A stretch of DNA of 64,000 bases from Nitrospirota bacterium (GTDB lineage: Bacteria > Nitrospirota > Thermodesulfovibrionia > UBA6902). Made by a program: the position numbers and the translations under genes. The notes beneath the pieces were generated by a model. The model did no database searches and had not been told where the DNA came from. It worked only from the letters and a program-made list of their open reading frames with translations. Shown piece after piece: positions 1 to 7,964 of the stretch. Where the stretch lies: the NCBI GenBank assembly GCA_039715075.1, contig JBDLIC010000002.1, forward strand, positions 2,108 to 66,107, given 5' to 3'. How positions within the stretch are numbered: the first letter of the stretch is position 1; each line of letters opens with the position of its first letter.

Positions 1-943
1 CTGTCTCCCACCCCATGGCTTCACAAATATAATATGCTGTTGCAAGCGGCACAATGATGGCGCCGAGAATTGAGGCATTGGCAAGGCTGATTCCAAAGAA
101 GGCCGCTGCATAATCCCCGGCAAACGGCTTCAGGGCAAGCGCTGCTTCATGCGCCTCATTAATCCTGATCCCTTGAGGGAAAAGTGTTTTCGCGCATGTC
201 ACTATGATAAAAAAGGCTATTATGTTTGTTATCAGACACCCTACTGTTACATCCAGCTTTGAATATTTATAGTCCTTTTTTTTAATCCCCTTCTCAGCAA
301 TGGAAGACTGCAGATAGAACTGCATCCAGGGCGTTATCGTTGTCCCTATTATGGCTATGCTGAGCATTGTAAATTCCGGTTCTATTTTAACCTTCGGGAC
401 AATTGTACTGTGCAGGACCTCCCCCCATTCAGGCTTTGCCAGGAATCCTGAAATGACATAGCCGAAGTAGAGCAGACATGCGCCGAGCAGCACAGTTTCT
501 ACAACTCTGTAGCTGCCTCTCGTTACAAGTATCCATATAAAAAAAGCTCCCAGCGGTACCATGACATACTTGCTCAGTCCGAATATTTCCATACTTGCTG
601 CCCAGCCCGCAAACTCGGCCACCGTTGTACCGAAATTTGCGATCAGCAGGATTACCATCATAAAAAAAGTCGCCCGTACACCGTAATTCTCCCTGATGAG
701 ATCGGACAGTCCCTTGCCTGTTATCACACCCATTCTTGCAGCCATCTCCTGTACAACAATCAGTGCCACAGTAGTGGGGACAAGCGTCCAGAGGAGCATG
801 TTTCCGTACCGGGCGCCGGCAACAGAGTATGTGGTAATGCCCGAGGCATCGTTATCAATGGAAGCGGTTATGATACCCGGCCCGATAATTGCCAGAAAGA
901 GCAGGAATTTCTTCCAGGTGACTATGACCTTACGGCGTCTCAT
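1..943 (-). CDS. mntH: NRAMP-family divalent metal (Mn2+/Fe2+) transporter, C-terminally truncated by the window start
   Basis: Reverse-strand translation from ATG at 943 gives MRRRKVIVTWKKFLLFLAIIGPGIITASIDNDASGITTYSVAGARYG..., which carries the NRAMP signature (GPG..D.G..T.S.AGA.YG) and multiple TM helices. A GGAGG RBS precedes the start. The ORF runs off the window at position 1. Confidence 0.8.
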   Translation of the reverse strand, partial: MRRRKVIVTWKKFLLFLAIIGPGIITASIDNDASGITTYSVAGARYGNMLLWTLVPTTVALIVVQEMAARMGVITGKGLSDLIRENYGVRATFFMMVILLIANFGTTVAEFAGWAASMEIFGLSKYVMVPLGAFFIWILVTRGSYRVVETVLLGACLLYFGYVISGFLAKPEWGEVLHSTIVPKVKIEPEFTMLSIAIIGTTITPWMQFYLQSSIAEKGIKKKDYKYSKLDVTVGCLITNIIAFFIIVTCAKTLFPQGIRINEAHEAALALKPFAGDYAAAFFGISLANASILGAIIVPLATAYYICEAMGWET

Positions 944-2199
944 ACCGCCCTCCTTTTCCTCCGGGAAGAAGGCGGCAGGAGCACCTCCATAACATCATCA
1001 ATAGTGACAACACCAAGGAGTTCTTCCTCATCATCAACAACGGGAATGGCAAGCAGGTTGTATTTTGATATTGTTTCCGCAACGATCTGCTGGTCAGTGT
1101 TCGGAGAGACTGTTTTCAGCTTTGTTTCCATAATGTCGGACAACAGGACATGCGGGGAGTGGAGAATCAATTCCCTTAAGGTTGTGACTCCCTTTAATTT
1201 CTCATCCTCAACGATATATATATAGTAAAGTGTCTCAACCTCAGGGGCATCCACTTTAAAATTTTCAATAGCCTGCTCGATCGTAATATCAGGTCCGTAT
1301 GCGATAAACTGATTTGTCATCAGCCCGCCGGCCGTGTCCTCTTCATGGGCAAGCAGTTCCTGAATGTCCTGTGCCTCTTCCTCTTCTATCAACTCCAGAA
1401 TTTCCTGGGCCTTGTCAGTCTCGAGGTCGGCAATAAGGTCTGCGGCCTCATCAGGAGGCATGCGTTCCACAACCTCGGAGGCATAATCCTTATCAACGTC
1501 CTCGATAATCGCTTTCTGCAGATCATCATCAAGTTCCGGAAGGGCCTCAGCTGCAACATTAGGCTCTAACCCCTTAAAAAAGGCTATGCCCTGTTCATGC
1601 GGAAGGCCGCTGATAATGTCCGCAATGTCCGCGGGATGCATGTCAGAGATCATCTGCTTTGGAATTGCGAGCGACAGAACTGAAAGTTTCGGCTCCAGCG
1701 GCTGGATAAAGCTCCAGCGTATAATGTTCTGGGGGAGGGTCTTTCCCAGCCATCTGTACACCTTTTCACTTTTCCTCTCAATGCCGAGGCGCCTCAGTAT
1801 TCCCCGCATTCCTATATCAACACCACTGACACAGGCATCATTGTTCTGGCCTTCCAGCTGCACATCATTTACCCGAACAACCTTTGCACCATTAGCATCA
1901 ACGATCTGTTTATCAAAGATATCGCGTACGATCATCAGTATTTCATCAGAAGGCTTATAGGGTTCAACTCTTGGTGAATAGACTTTGGAAGATATAATGC
2001 GCCGGTTAAAAATACCTACGTTTTCCCACTCAATGCAGTAAAGCTTCTTCCGCTCCTCTAAAATCAGTGCTGAAACGCGGGGAAGGGAAGTGCCCTTAAT
2101 AACAACGAAATCCTTTACTATTCCAAGTTCATCCCCCTTTGGGTCAAGGACAGGCTTTTTTAGCAGTTCACTTACAAAGAGTTCGCCGAAAAGGGGCAT
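940..2199 (-). CDS. soluble MgtE-N domain + CBS-pair protein with no MgtE transmembrane domain
   Basis: The ORF shows MgtE intracellular N-domain features (acidic helical DLIADLETDKAQEILELIEEEEAQDIQELL) and two CBS motifs, but ends without any TM segment. The start is set at the internal Met (MPLFGELF...) preceded by GGAGG with a 6-nt spacer. Its stop overlaps the mntH start. Confidence 0.65.
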   Translation of the reverse strand: MPLFGELFVSELLKKPVLDPKGDELGIVKDFVVIKGTSLPRVSALILEERKKLYCIEWENVGIFNRRIISSKVYSPRVEPYKPSDEILMIVRDIFDKQIVDANGAKVVRVNDVQLEGQNNDACVSGVDIGMRGILRRLGIERKSEKVYRWLGKTLPQNIIRWSFIQPLEPKLSVLSLAIPKQMISDMHPADIADIISGLPHEQGIAFFKGLEPNVAAEALPELDDDLQKAIIEDVDKDYASEVVERMPPDEAADLIADLETDKAQEILELIEEEEAQDIQELLAHEEDTAGGLMTNQFIAYGPDITIEQAIENFKVDAPEVETLYYIYIVEDEKLKGVTTLRELILHSPHVLLSDIMETKLKTVSPNTDQQIVAETISKYNLLAIPVVDDEEELLGVVTIDDVMEVLLPPSSRRKRRAV

Positions 2200-2296
2200 G
2201 AAGACCTCCAGCCTCACTATTATAGTTTTGATTTCTTTTCTACATCTTAACCATGAAGTATACCTACGGGAAGGATTTTTCGGCAAGTTTTTTGCC

Positions 2297-2418
2297 GAAA
2301 AAAACCGTCGGACGTCGGGCGTCGGACGTAAAAAACGTCAAAAGTTGAGTGTGGAGCATTTGGCGTCGTCTGTTTTTTCACGTTCGACGCCCGACGCCCG
2401 ACGTCCGACGGTTTTTCT
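2297..2418. repeat. imperfect palindrome built from tandem CGTCGGACG/CGTCGGGCG units (arms of ~33 bp, ~50-nt loop)
   Basis: AAAAACCGTCGGACGTCGGGCGTCGGACGT ... ACGTTCGACGCCCGACGCCCGACGTCCGACGGTTTTT, read directly. It overlaps the 3' end of the 2378..2962 ORF. Confidence 0.7.
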
Positions 2419-2962
2419 CCCGGATCTTCTTAAGTATCAGATTAGTGGCCATCCCGTTAAATACTCCTGTAACTGTCCCCAGGACCAGAATTACCGGGCT
2501 TACTATTAAAATTGCCTCAACCCGTCTCACAAAGAGAAAATAGGCGAGGAACAGCTGTGTAATGTTATGCGCCAGTGCCCCCAGGAGACTTACACTTACC
2601 GGACCGGCCAGCCTTCCTGATAATGATATGACACCCCACATAAAAAATGTACTTATGACCCCTCCGCCAAGACTCATGATAAAGGCCGGGCCCAGAAATG
2701 TTCCTGCCAGCAGACTCCGGATAAAGACCCTTGTAAGTGTTACGGTCATTCCGGCCCTCAACCCGTATAAATAAAGCGTTGTCAGGGTTATGATATTGGC
2801 CAGTCCAAGGCGGAGCCATGGGACAGGTGTAGGGATCAATGCCTCAATGCTGTGAAGGCCGACCGCATAAGCCGACAGGAGTGCGATGTGGAGGGCTTCG
2901 GGACGGATCTTTTCGCTGCCGGCAAAAGAAGATGCATTATCGGATTTATTCATCAGCGTCAC
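2378..2962 (-). CDS. polytopic membrane protein, Gx-transporter / heptaprenyl diphosphate synthase component I-like family
   Basis: A 194-aa hydrophobic protein with about 5 TM segments (…LGLANIITLTTLYLYGLRAG…SLGGGVISTFFMWGV…). The family assignment is from memory of PF07456-like proteins. The C-terminal codons lie in the palindrome. Confidence 0.45.
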   Translation of the reverse strand: MTLMNKSDNASSFAGSEKIRPEALHIALLSAYAVGLHSIEALIPTPVPWLRLGLANIITLTTLYLYGLRAGMTVTLTRVFIRSLLAGTFLGPAFIMSLGGGVISTFFMWGVISLSGRLAGPVSVSLLGALAHNITQLFLAYFLFVRRVEAILIVSPVILVLGTVTGVFNGMATNLILKKIREKNRRTSGVGRRT

Positions 2963-3347
2963 TTATAAAATCGAAGATTGATAATAAAAATCAAATGCCA
3001 TTTTAAAAAAATAATTTATAAAATAAAACGTTGCCGGTAAAGTTCTGCTTAATTTTACATTCTGATATTTATTTTTGCACTTATATCTTTAATTTCTAAT
3101 TTACTCCTGATTTTTACCGGGCAGCTTAAAAATCTTTTTTTGTCAGCACAGATGAGAATTCCTTCAGGAGACATATTTTGTGTGATATGCCCCACCTTTG
3201 GGGCAACTTAAACCGTTCCTGTTGCAGCAATAAATTTATTCCCTTATTTTTCAATGAGTTAAAATTGGTATACTTTTTGCATTAAAAAATAAAGATAATA
3301 GTTTCTTCAAGGGGTCTTTAAAAATCAGATAAAAGGCCTGTAAGACG

Positions 3348-3635
3348 ATGCGGCATAAGGATATAAAAATAAAAAGTATTGTTATAGCGGTAATCACTCT
3401 CTTTACCGCTCTCTGTCTGTCTTCATATCTTTTCGCCTATTCGAGTCATGAAGGGTCGCATGCGGACCTGGTCTGTACGGATTGTCATCTCACTCAGCCT
3501 GATCCTGATATGGATACAATAGATACAGTTGACTTCATCACCACGACGCTTGAGGACCTGTGTTTTGCCTGCCACTCCGACATTACGCTTCTGGAGCAGA
3601 CTAATTACTGTCTGAATTGTCATGATCAGTTATGA
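3348..3635 (+). CDS. small secreted tri-haem c-type cytochrome
   Basis: N-terminal signal/TM peptide plus three CxxCH motifs (CTDCH, CFACH, CLNCH) in 95 aa. Confidence 0.75.
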   Translation: MRHKDIKIKSIVIAVITLFTALCLSSYLFAYSSHEGSHADLVCTDCHLTQPDPDMDTIDTVDFITTTLEDLCFACHSDITLLEQTNYCLNCHDQL

Positions 3636-3678
3636 AAGTGATGGAGTATGAAAAATCCTTTTAAGAGGGTCAAATAAA

Positions 3679-5472
3679 ATGGCACGAACTAAAATCAGAT
3701 ACCTGCTGACAGTCTTTCTCGGTTTTTCCGTGTTCATTTTCAGTATGCCCCTGTCAGCGGAAATGCCGGAATACGAGAGGCTTCAGCCTGTAACTGCCGG
3801 CCTTGGCGCACCCACCGCAGTAGCCCCTGATTCTTACGGGAACCTTTATGTGACGGATTTGATCGACGGAAGGCTCCTTGTGTACGACCTGAGCGACGGG
3901 TCCCTGAAAAAGCAGATCCAGGGGCTCGATAGACCGATAAGTGTTGCGGTATACGGGGACAACAGGGTTTATGTCGGATTAAGGGGAAGGGGAAGTATTG
4001 CAGCTTATGACGCGGAACTGAACTATCTTGATGAACTCGGATCCGGCTATGGAGAGTTCAAGAACCCGAACGCTATAGCGACGGGAAGTGACGGGAAGGT
4101 ATATGTAGCAGACGGCAAAGAAAATAAAATAAAAGTCTATCATCCCGACGGCTCATCATATTTCTCCTTCGGCAGTACGGGAAACGGGAATGGTCAATTT
4201 AATTTTCCGTCTTCAATCGCGATTGATGAAGCAAATGCGGAAATCATAGTCTCGGATTTCAAACGGGTATATAACTGGATGTGGGGCTGGTCATCAGGCG
4301 CGAGGATACAGGTATTCGAAATGAATGGCAGTTTCAAGCGCAGCTTCGGTGTATTTGGTGTCGGAGAAGGAAAAATGTTCAGGCCAATGGGTGTAGAAGT
4401 CGACAGTGAAAGAAGATTGTATATCGCCGATGTATTTCAGAACGTAGTTCTGGTGTACGATCATACAGGGACATATCTCGGGACAGTATATGACCTGGAC
4501 AGTCCGATGAGAACCCCGCTCGATCTGGCCATAAGCGGAAATAACAGGATATATGTTGCTTCTCAGAATACCGCAAAAGTAGAGGTGTTCAGTATACTGG
4601 GAGCTGATGCCGAGCCGCCGGCAACAAGCATTTCCCTTTCCGGAAGCACCGGCAATAACGGCTGGTATGTCTCTGATGTCCGGATAACCCTGATGGCGGT
4701 TGACAATGAAGGAGGCTCCGGTGTTCTTAAAACAGAGTACAGCGTTGACAATGCCGTCTGGAATGATTATACAGTTCCATTCATGATAAGCGATGAAGGT
4801 TCAACCGTTGTTTATTACAGGTCCACCGACAATGAAGGGAACATAGAGACAGTGAAGAGCGAGGCGGTCAAAATAGATAAGACCATGCCGCAGATTTCGA
4901 TTACCTCACCTGCGGACGGTGCTTCTTACCTTCTCCATCAGAGTGTGATTGTGGAGTGGTCTGTGACCGATGAGTTATCCGGTATTGCGTCTTCGTCAGG
5001 TACGACAGCCAATGGTTCGGCTTTGGATACCTCTGTAGTCGGCAGTCATGATTTTACCGTGTCGGCCGCTGATAATGCCGGCAATTCCGACTCTCTGAGC
5101 GTGGAATATTCGGTAGTCTATGCATCTCCAAATCCGGACTTCTTTCTGCCTCCTGTAAGGAGTGACCGTGTGTTCAAGCTGGGCAGCACGGTACCTGTAA
5201 AATTCCAGTTAACAGATGCTAACGGTGCTTATATATCAACCGCTGCAGCAACAATAGCTCTCCAGAAATATTCGGGAGAGGAACCGTTCGGAGAGCCGCT
5301 GGATGCTGCATCTACAAGCGGGGCGGATACAGGCAGTTTATTCCGTTATGACAGTATTGCCAGCCAGTACATCTATAATCTCAGTACTGAGGCCCTTTCC
5401 AGGGGTATATGGCAGATAAGGGTAACACTTGATGACGGCAGCATAAAGACAGTGATGGTTGGTTTTAAATAA
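3679..5472 (+). CDS. secreted NHL-repeat beta-propeller protein with C-terminal Ig-like/Big domains
   Basis: Signal peptide followed by repeated NHL-type motifs (YGNLYVTDLIDGRLLVYD, GKVYVADGKENKIKVYHPDG, NFPSSIAIDEANAEIIVSDF, RLYIADVFQNVVLVYDHTG). The C-terminal 300 aa is Ser/Thr-rich and beta-type. Confidence 0.75.
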   Translation: MARTKIRYLLTVFLGFSVFIFSMPLSAEMPEYERLQPVTAGLGAPTAVAPDSYGNLYVTDLIDGRLLVYDLSDGSLKKQIQGLDRPISVAVYGDNRVYVGLRGRGSIAAYDAELNYLDELGSGYGEFKNPNAIATGSDGKVYVADGKENKIKVYHPDGSSYFSFGSTGNGNGQFNFPSSIAIDEANAEIIVSDFKRVYNWMWGWSSGARIQVFEMNGSFKRSFGVFGVGEGKMFRPMGVEVDSERRLYIADVFQNVVLVYDHTGTYLGTVYDLDSPMRTPLDLAISGNNRIYVASQNTAKVEVFSILGADAEPPATSISLSGSTGNNGWYVSDVRITLMAVDNEGGSGVLKTEYSVDNAVWNDYTVPFMISDEGSTVVYYRSTDNEGNIETVKSEAVKIDKTMPQISITSPADGASYLLHQSVIVEWSVTDELSGIASSSGTTANGSALDTSVVGSHDFTVSAADNAGNSDSLSVEYSVVYASPNPDFFLPPVRSDRVFKLGSTVPVKFQLTDANGAYISTAAATIALQKYSGEEPFGEPLDAASTSGADTGSLFRYDSIASQYIYNLSTEALSRGIWQIRVTLDDGSIKTVMVGFK

Positions 5473-5515
5473 ATATGTGAAACGAAATGAAAAGACGAAT
5501 GATGAAGGTCAGGAA

Positions 5516-6622
5516 ATGAAAAAGAATTTAATTATAAGGGTGTTCATTTTAATTCTGGGAATAAGCCTCTCACCGGCATATGCCCATGCCAACGGTTTCC
5601 TGGATTACCCCCACAATGAAAACGGATGTGGCTACTGCCACTCAGGCCATCATTCGCAGGAGCCTGTCTTTCTGCCGCCATGGACAAACCTGCCCCCTTC
5701 GAACATAGATGAAACCCAGTACAATAATCTCTGTACGAGCTGTCATAACGAGGTAGGTGCAGCCACGTTTGTAAAAACCCATTCCAGTGTACAGGCCGGC
5801 AACAGCTACGGGGAGTGGTCGGTCGAGTGCAGGACGTGCCATTACCCGCACAGACAGCCGCAGTTCAGGGCATACGGAGATGCCACACATCTGTATTCGG
5901 ATACTTCGACAGGCATACAGATTAATCAGCCCGAGACAGGAAAGAGCCAGCTCTCCGACAGCAAGGCGTCATGGACAGTTGACGAATTTGCGGGGCTGGT
6001 ACTTGTTGCGGATATTTATGATACTTCATGGGGCATTGTAGGTTTCGGATATAAAATAGAAAACAATACATCAACTACAATAACGGTTGAAGGAGTGATA
6101 AATTTATCAAAGGTTGTTGTGGGAGATACATACGCAGTAATCTACGGGAAGCTCATCAAGAATACGATAAACCTTGACGATATCATCACATACATAGGCC
6201 AGTCATCGTCGGTCCCTGATCAGTATACGCTTGTCGAGCAGAATGCAGGGTGGCAGACAGACCAGTTCCAGGGCCTGAAGCTTATCCCTAATACCGCGAA
6301 ATCAAGCTTGCGATACACCATAAGCAGTAATACGTCGGATACCATCACTGTCCAGGACCCCATGAACCTGGGAAAGATAGTGGTAGGGAGAAACTTTAAG
6401 ATTGCCGGGACAAAGACCGGCAGCAAGACAGTAAGATTTTTTAATTCTACCGGATCGAACTCCTTTGCAGACGGCGACACGTCGGAATACGACGGCATAT
6501 GCGAAGTCTGCCATACAATGACAAACCACCACCAGAATGACGGCACCGCCCCGGGCGGCCAGTCACACTATGACGGGCAGAACTGTACGGAATGCCACTT
6601 TCACGTAGATGGTTTCAAGTAG
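5516..6622 (+). CDS. secreted penta-haem c-type cytochrome with an internally duplicated beta domain
   Basis: Start set at MKKNLIIRVFILILG (signal peptide), preceded by AGGAA. Five CxxCH motifs are present (CGYCH, CTSCH, CRTCH, CEVCH, CTECH). An internal repeat is visible (NTSTTITVEGVINLSKVVVG vs NTSDTITVQDPMNLGKIVVG). Confidence 0.75.
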   Translation: MKKNLIIRVFILILGISLSPAYAHANGFLDYPHNENGCGYCHSGHHSQEPVFLPPWTNLPPSNIDETQYNNLCTSCHNEVGAATFVKTHSSVQAGNSYGEWSVECRTCHYPHRQPQFRAYGDATHLYSDTSTGIQINQPETGKSQLSDSKASWTVDEFAGLVLVADIYDTSWGIVGFGYKIENNTSTTITVEGVINLSKVVVGDTYAVIYGKLIKNTINLDDIITYIGQSSSVPDQYTLVEQNAGWQTDQFQGLKLIPNTAKSSLRYTISSNTSDTITVQDPMNLGKIVVGRNFKIAGTKTGSKTVRFFNSTGSNSFADGDTSEYDGICEVCHTMTNHHQNDGTAPGGQSHYDGQNCTECHFHVDGFK

Positions 6623-6860
6623 ACCTTTATTGCTAATACGATTAACTGCATTCTGAAATTCCGCACTTTCGGACACCAATCCTCGCTTTTGAAAATATGC
6701 TGAAAGTGCACATTCCGCTAAGAAATAAATACCACCGCTACCACAAAAATTCCATTTTTTGCGCCTCAATGATTAAGTATTTCCGTTTGAAATAGATACA
6801 GAAAAGCGCAAGTTAAAGATTGAGGATTAAAAAAAGACTCCAGGAAAAAACACCAATTAT

Positions 6861-7964
6861 TTATTCTGCCAGTCGATATTCGTTGTTCAGCATCTCTAGT
6901 TTCCCTTTTAAGTTCTTTGTGACAAAAACTTTCTTCTCAGCGTTTATCAGCACCCCGTCAAGTCCCGAAGACTCGAGAAAACTCAATCCTCTTTCGAGAC
7001 CCAGCGCAAAGACAGTTGTAGAGAGGCTGTCCGAAAGATAACCTTCAGGGGCTATGACGGATACGCTGACCAGGTCTGATTCCGCAGGAAATCCGGTTTC
7101 AGGATCAAGGATGTGATGAAAGCGCTTTCCATCTTTTATAAAAAACCTCTGGTAGTCACCGGATGTTGATATTGCCATATTGCCGAGATGAAGGCTTGCA
7201 ATGATGTCTTCCCACGGTTTATCTGATAGAGAATCCGGCCGGGGATTCTGGATACCCACCTTCCAGGCATTTCCGGATGTATTCAGCCCAAACCCCCTGA
7301 TATCTCCTGCCACTGCAACAAGGGCTGCCTTTATGCCCCTGGCCTTTATGGCTTCCACCGCCCTGTCTGCTGCGTAGCCCTTTGCGATCCCCCCGAGGTC
7401 AAGCTCCATATCATTATCTTCGAGAAATACTTCAAGTTTATCACTGTCTATTTTCACTTTCTCATAATCGACAAGTTTAACTGTGCTGGCAATGATATTT
7501 TTAGATGGTACTAAAGGGTTTGACATATCCTTTGAAAAATTCCACAAACTAACAACAGGGGCAATAGTAGGATCAAAAACACCGTTGGTCATTTCCGAGA
7601 TATACAGGGTTTTCTTCATCATATCAAGCGTTTCCCTGCTGACCTTCACAGGGTGATTCCCGGCAGCCCTGTTTATCGCCGAGATCTCACTGTCATCAGA
7701 AAAATAATTCAGCAGCAAATCCAGTTTCTGTATTTCAGCAAACCCTGCTTCAATGGCCCCCCTGGCTGCTTCCTTTTCCGGACTGACAACAGTAATAGTG
7801 CAGTACGTATCCATCAGCACCCGGCTTTCCTTGTACATCCTGTTATTTTCGGTACAGCCGGGAATTATCAGCGCAAAGAGCAAAGCGCAAAGCGCATAGC
7901 GCAAAAAACAGAACCATGCTCTTTTCTCCTTGCGCTCTGCGCTTTGCGCTTTGCATTTCTTCAT
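6861..7964 (-). CDS. apbE: FAD:protein FMN transferase ApbE (lipoprotein)
   Basis: ApbE core motifs are present (DLGGIAKGYAADRAVEAIKARG, HHILDPETG). The N-terminus has a lipoprotein-like signal (LLFALIIPGC). The start overlaps the uvrA stop. Confidence 0.8.
   Translation of the reverse strand: MKKCKAQSAERKEKRAWFCFLRYALCALLFALIIPGCTENNRMYKESRVLMDTYCTITVVSPEKEAARGAIEAGFAEIQKLDLLLNYFSDDSEISAINRAAGNHPVKVSRETLDMMKKTLYISEMTNGVFDPTIAPVVSLWNFSKDMSNPLVPSKNIIASTVKLVDYEKVKIDSDKLEVFLEDNDMELDLGGIAKGYAADRAVEAIKARGIKAALVAVAGDIRGFGLNTSGNAWKVGIQNPRPDSLSDKPWEDIIASLHLGNMAISTSGDYQRFFIKDGKRFHHILDPETGFPAESDLVSVSVIAPEGYLSDSLSTTVFALGLERGLSFLESSGLDGVLINAEKKVFVTKNLKGKLEMLNNEYRLAE
7870..7955. repeat. inverted array of GCGCAAAG units forming a long hairpin inside the apbE 5' coding region
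   Basis: AGCGCAAAGAGCAAAGCGCAAAGCGCATAGCGCAAAAAA ... TTGCGCTCTGCGCTTTGCGCTTTGCA. It encodes the signal-peptide residues of ApbE. Confidence 0.65.

Noticed and set aside
696-992. 98-aa plus-strand ORF
   Set aside because: Antisense to the NRAMP transporter coding region, which has clear family signatures.
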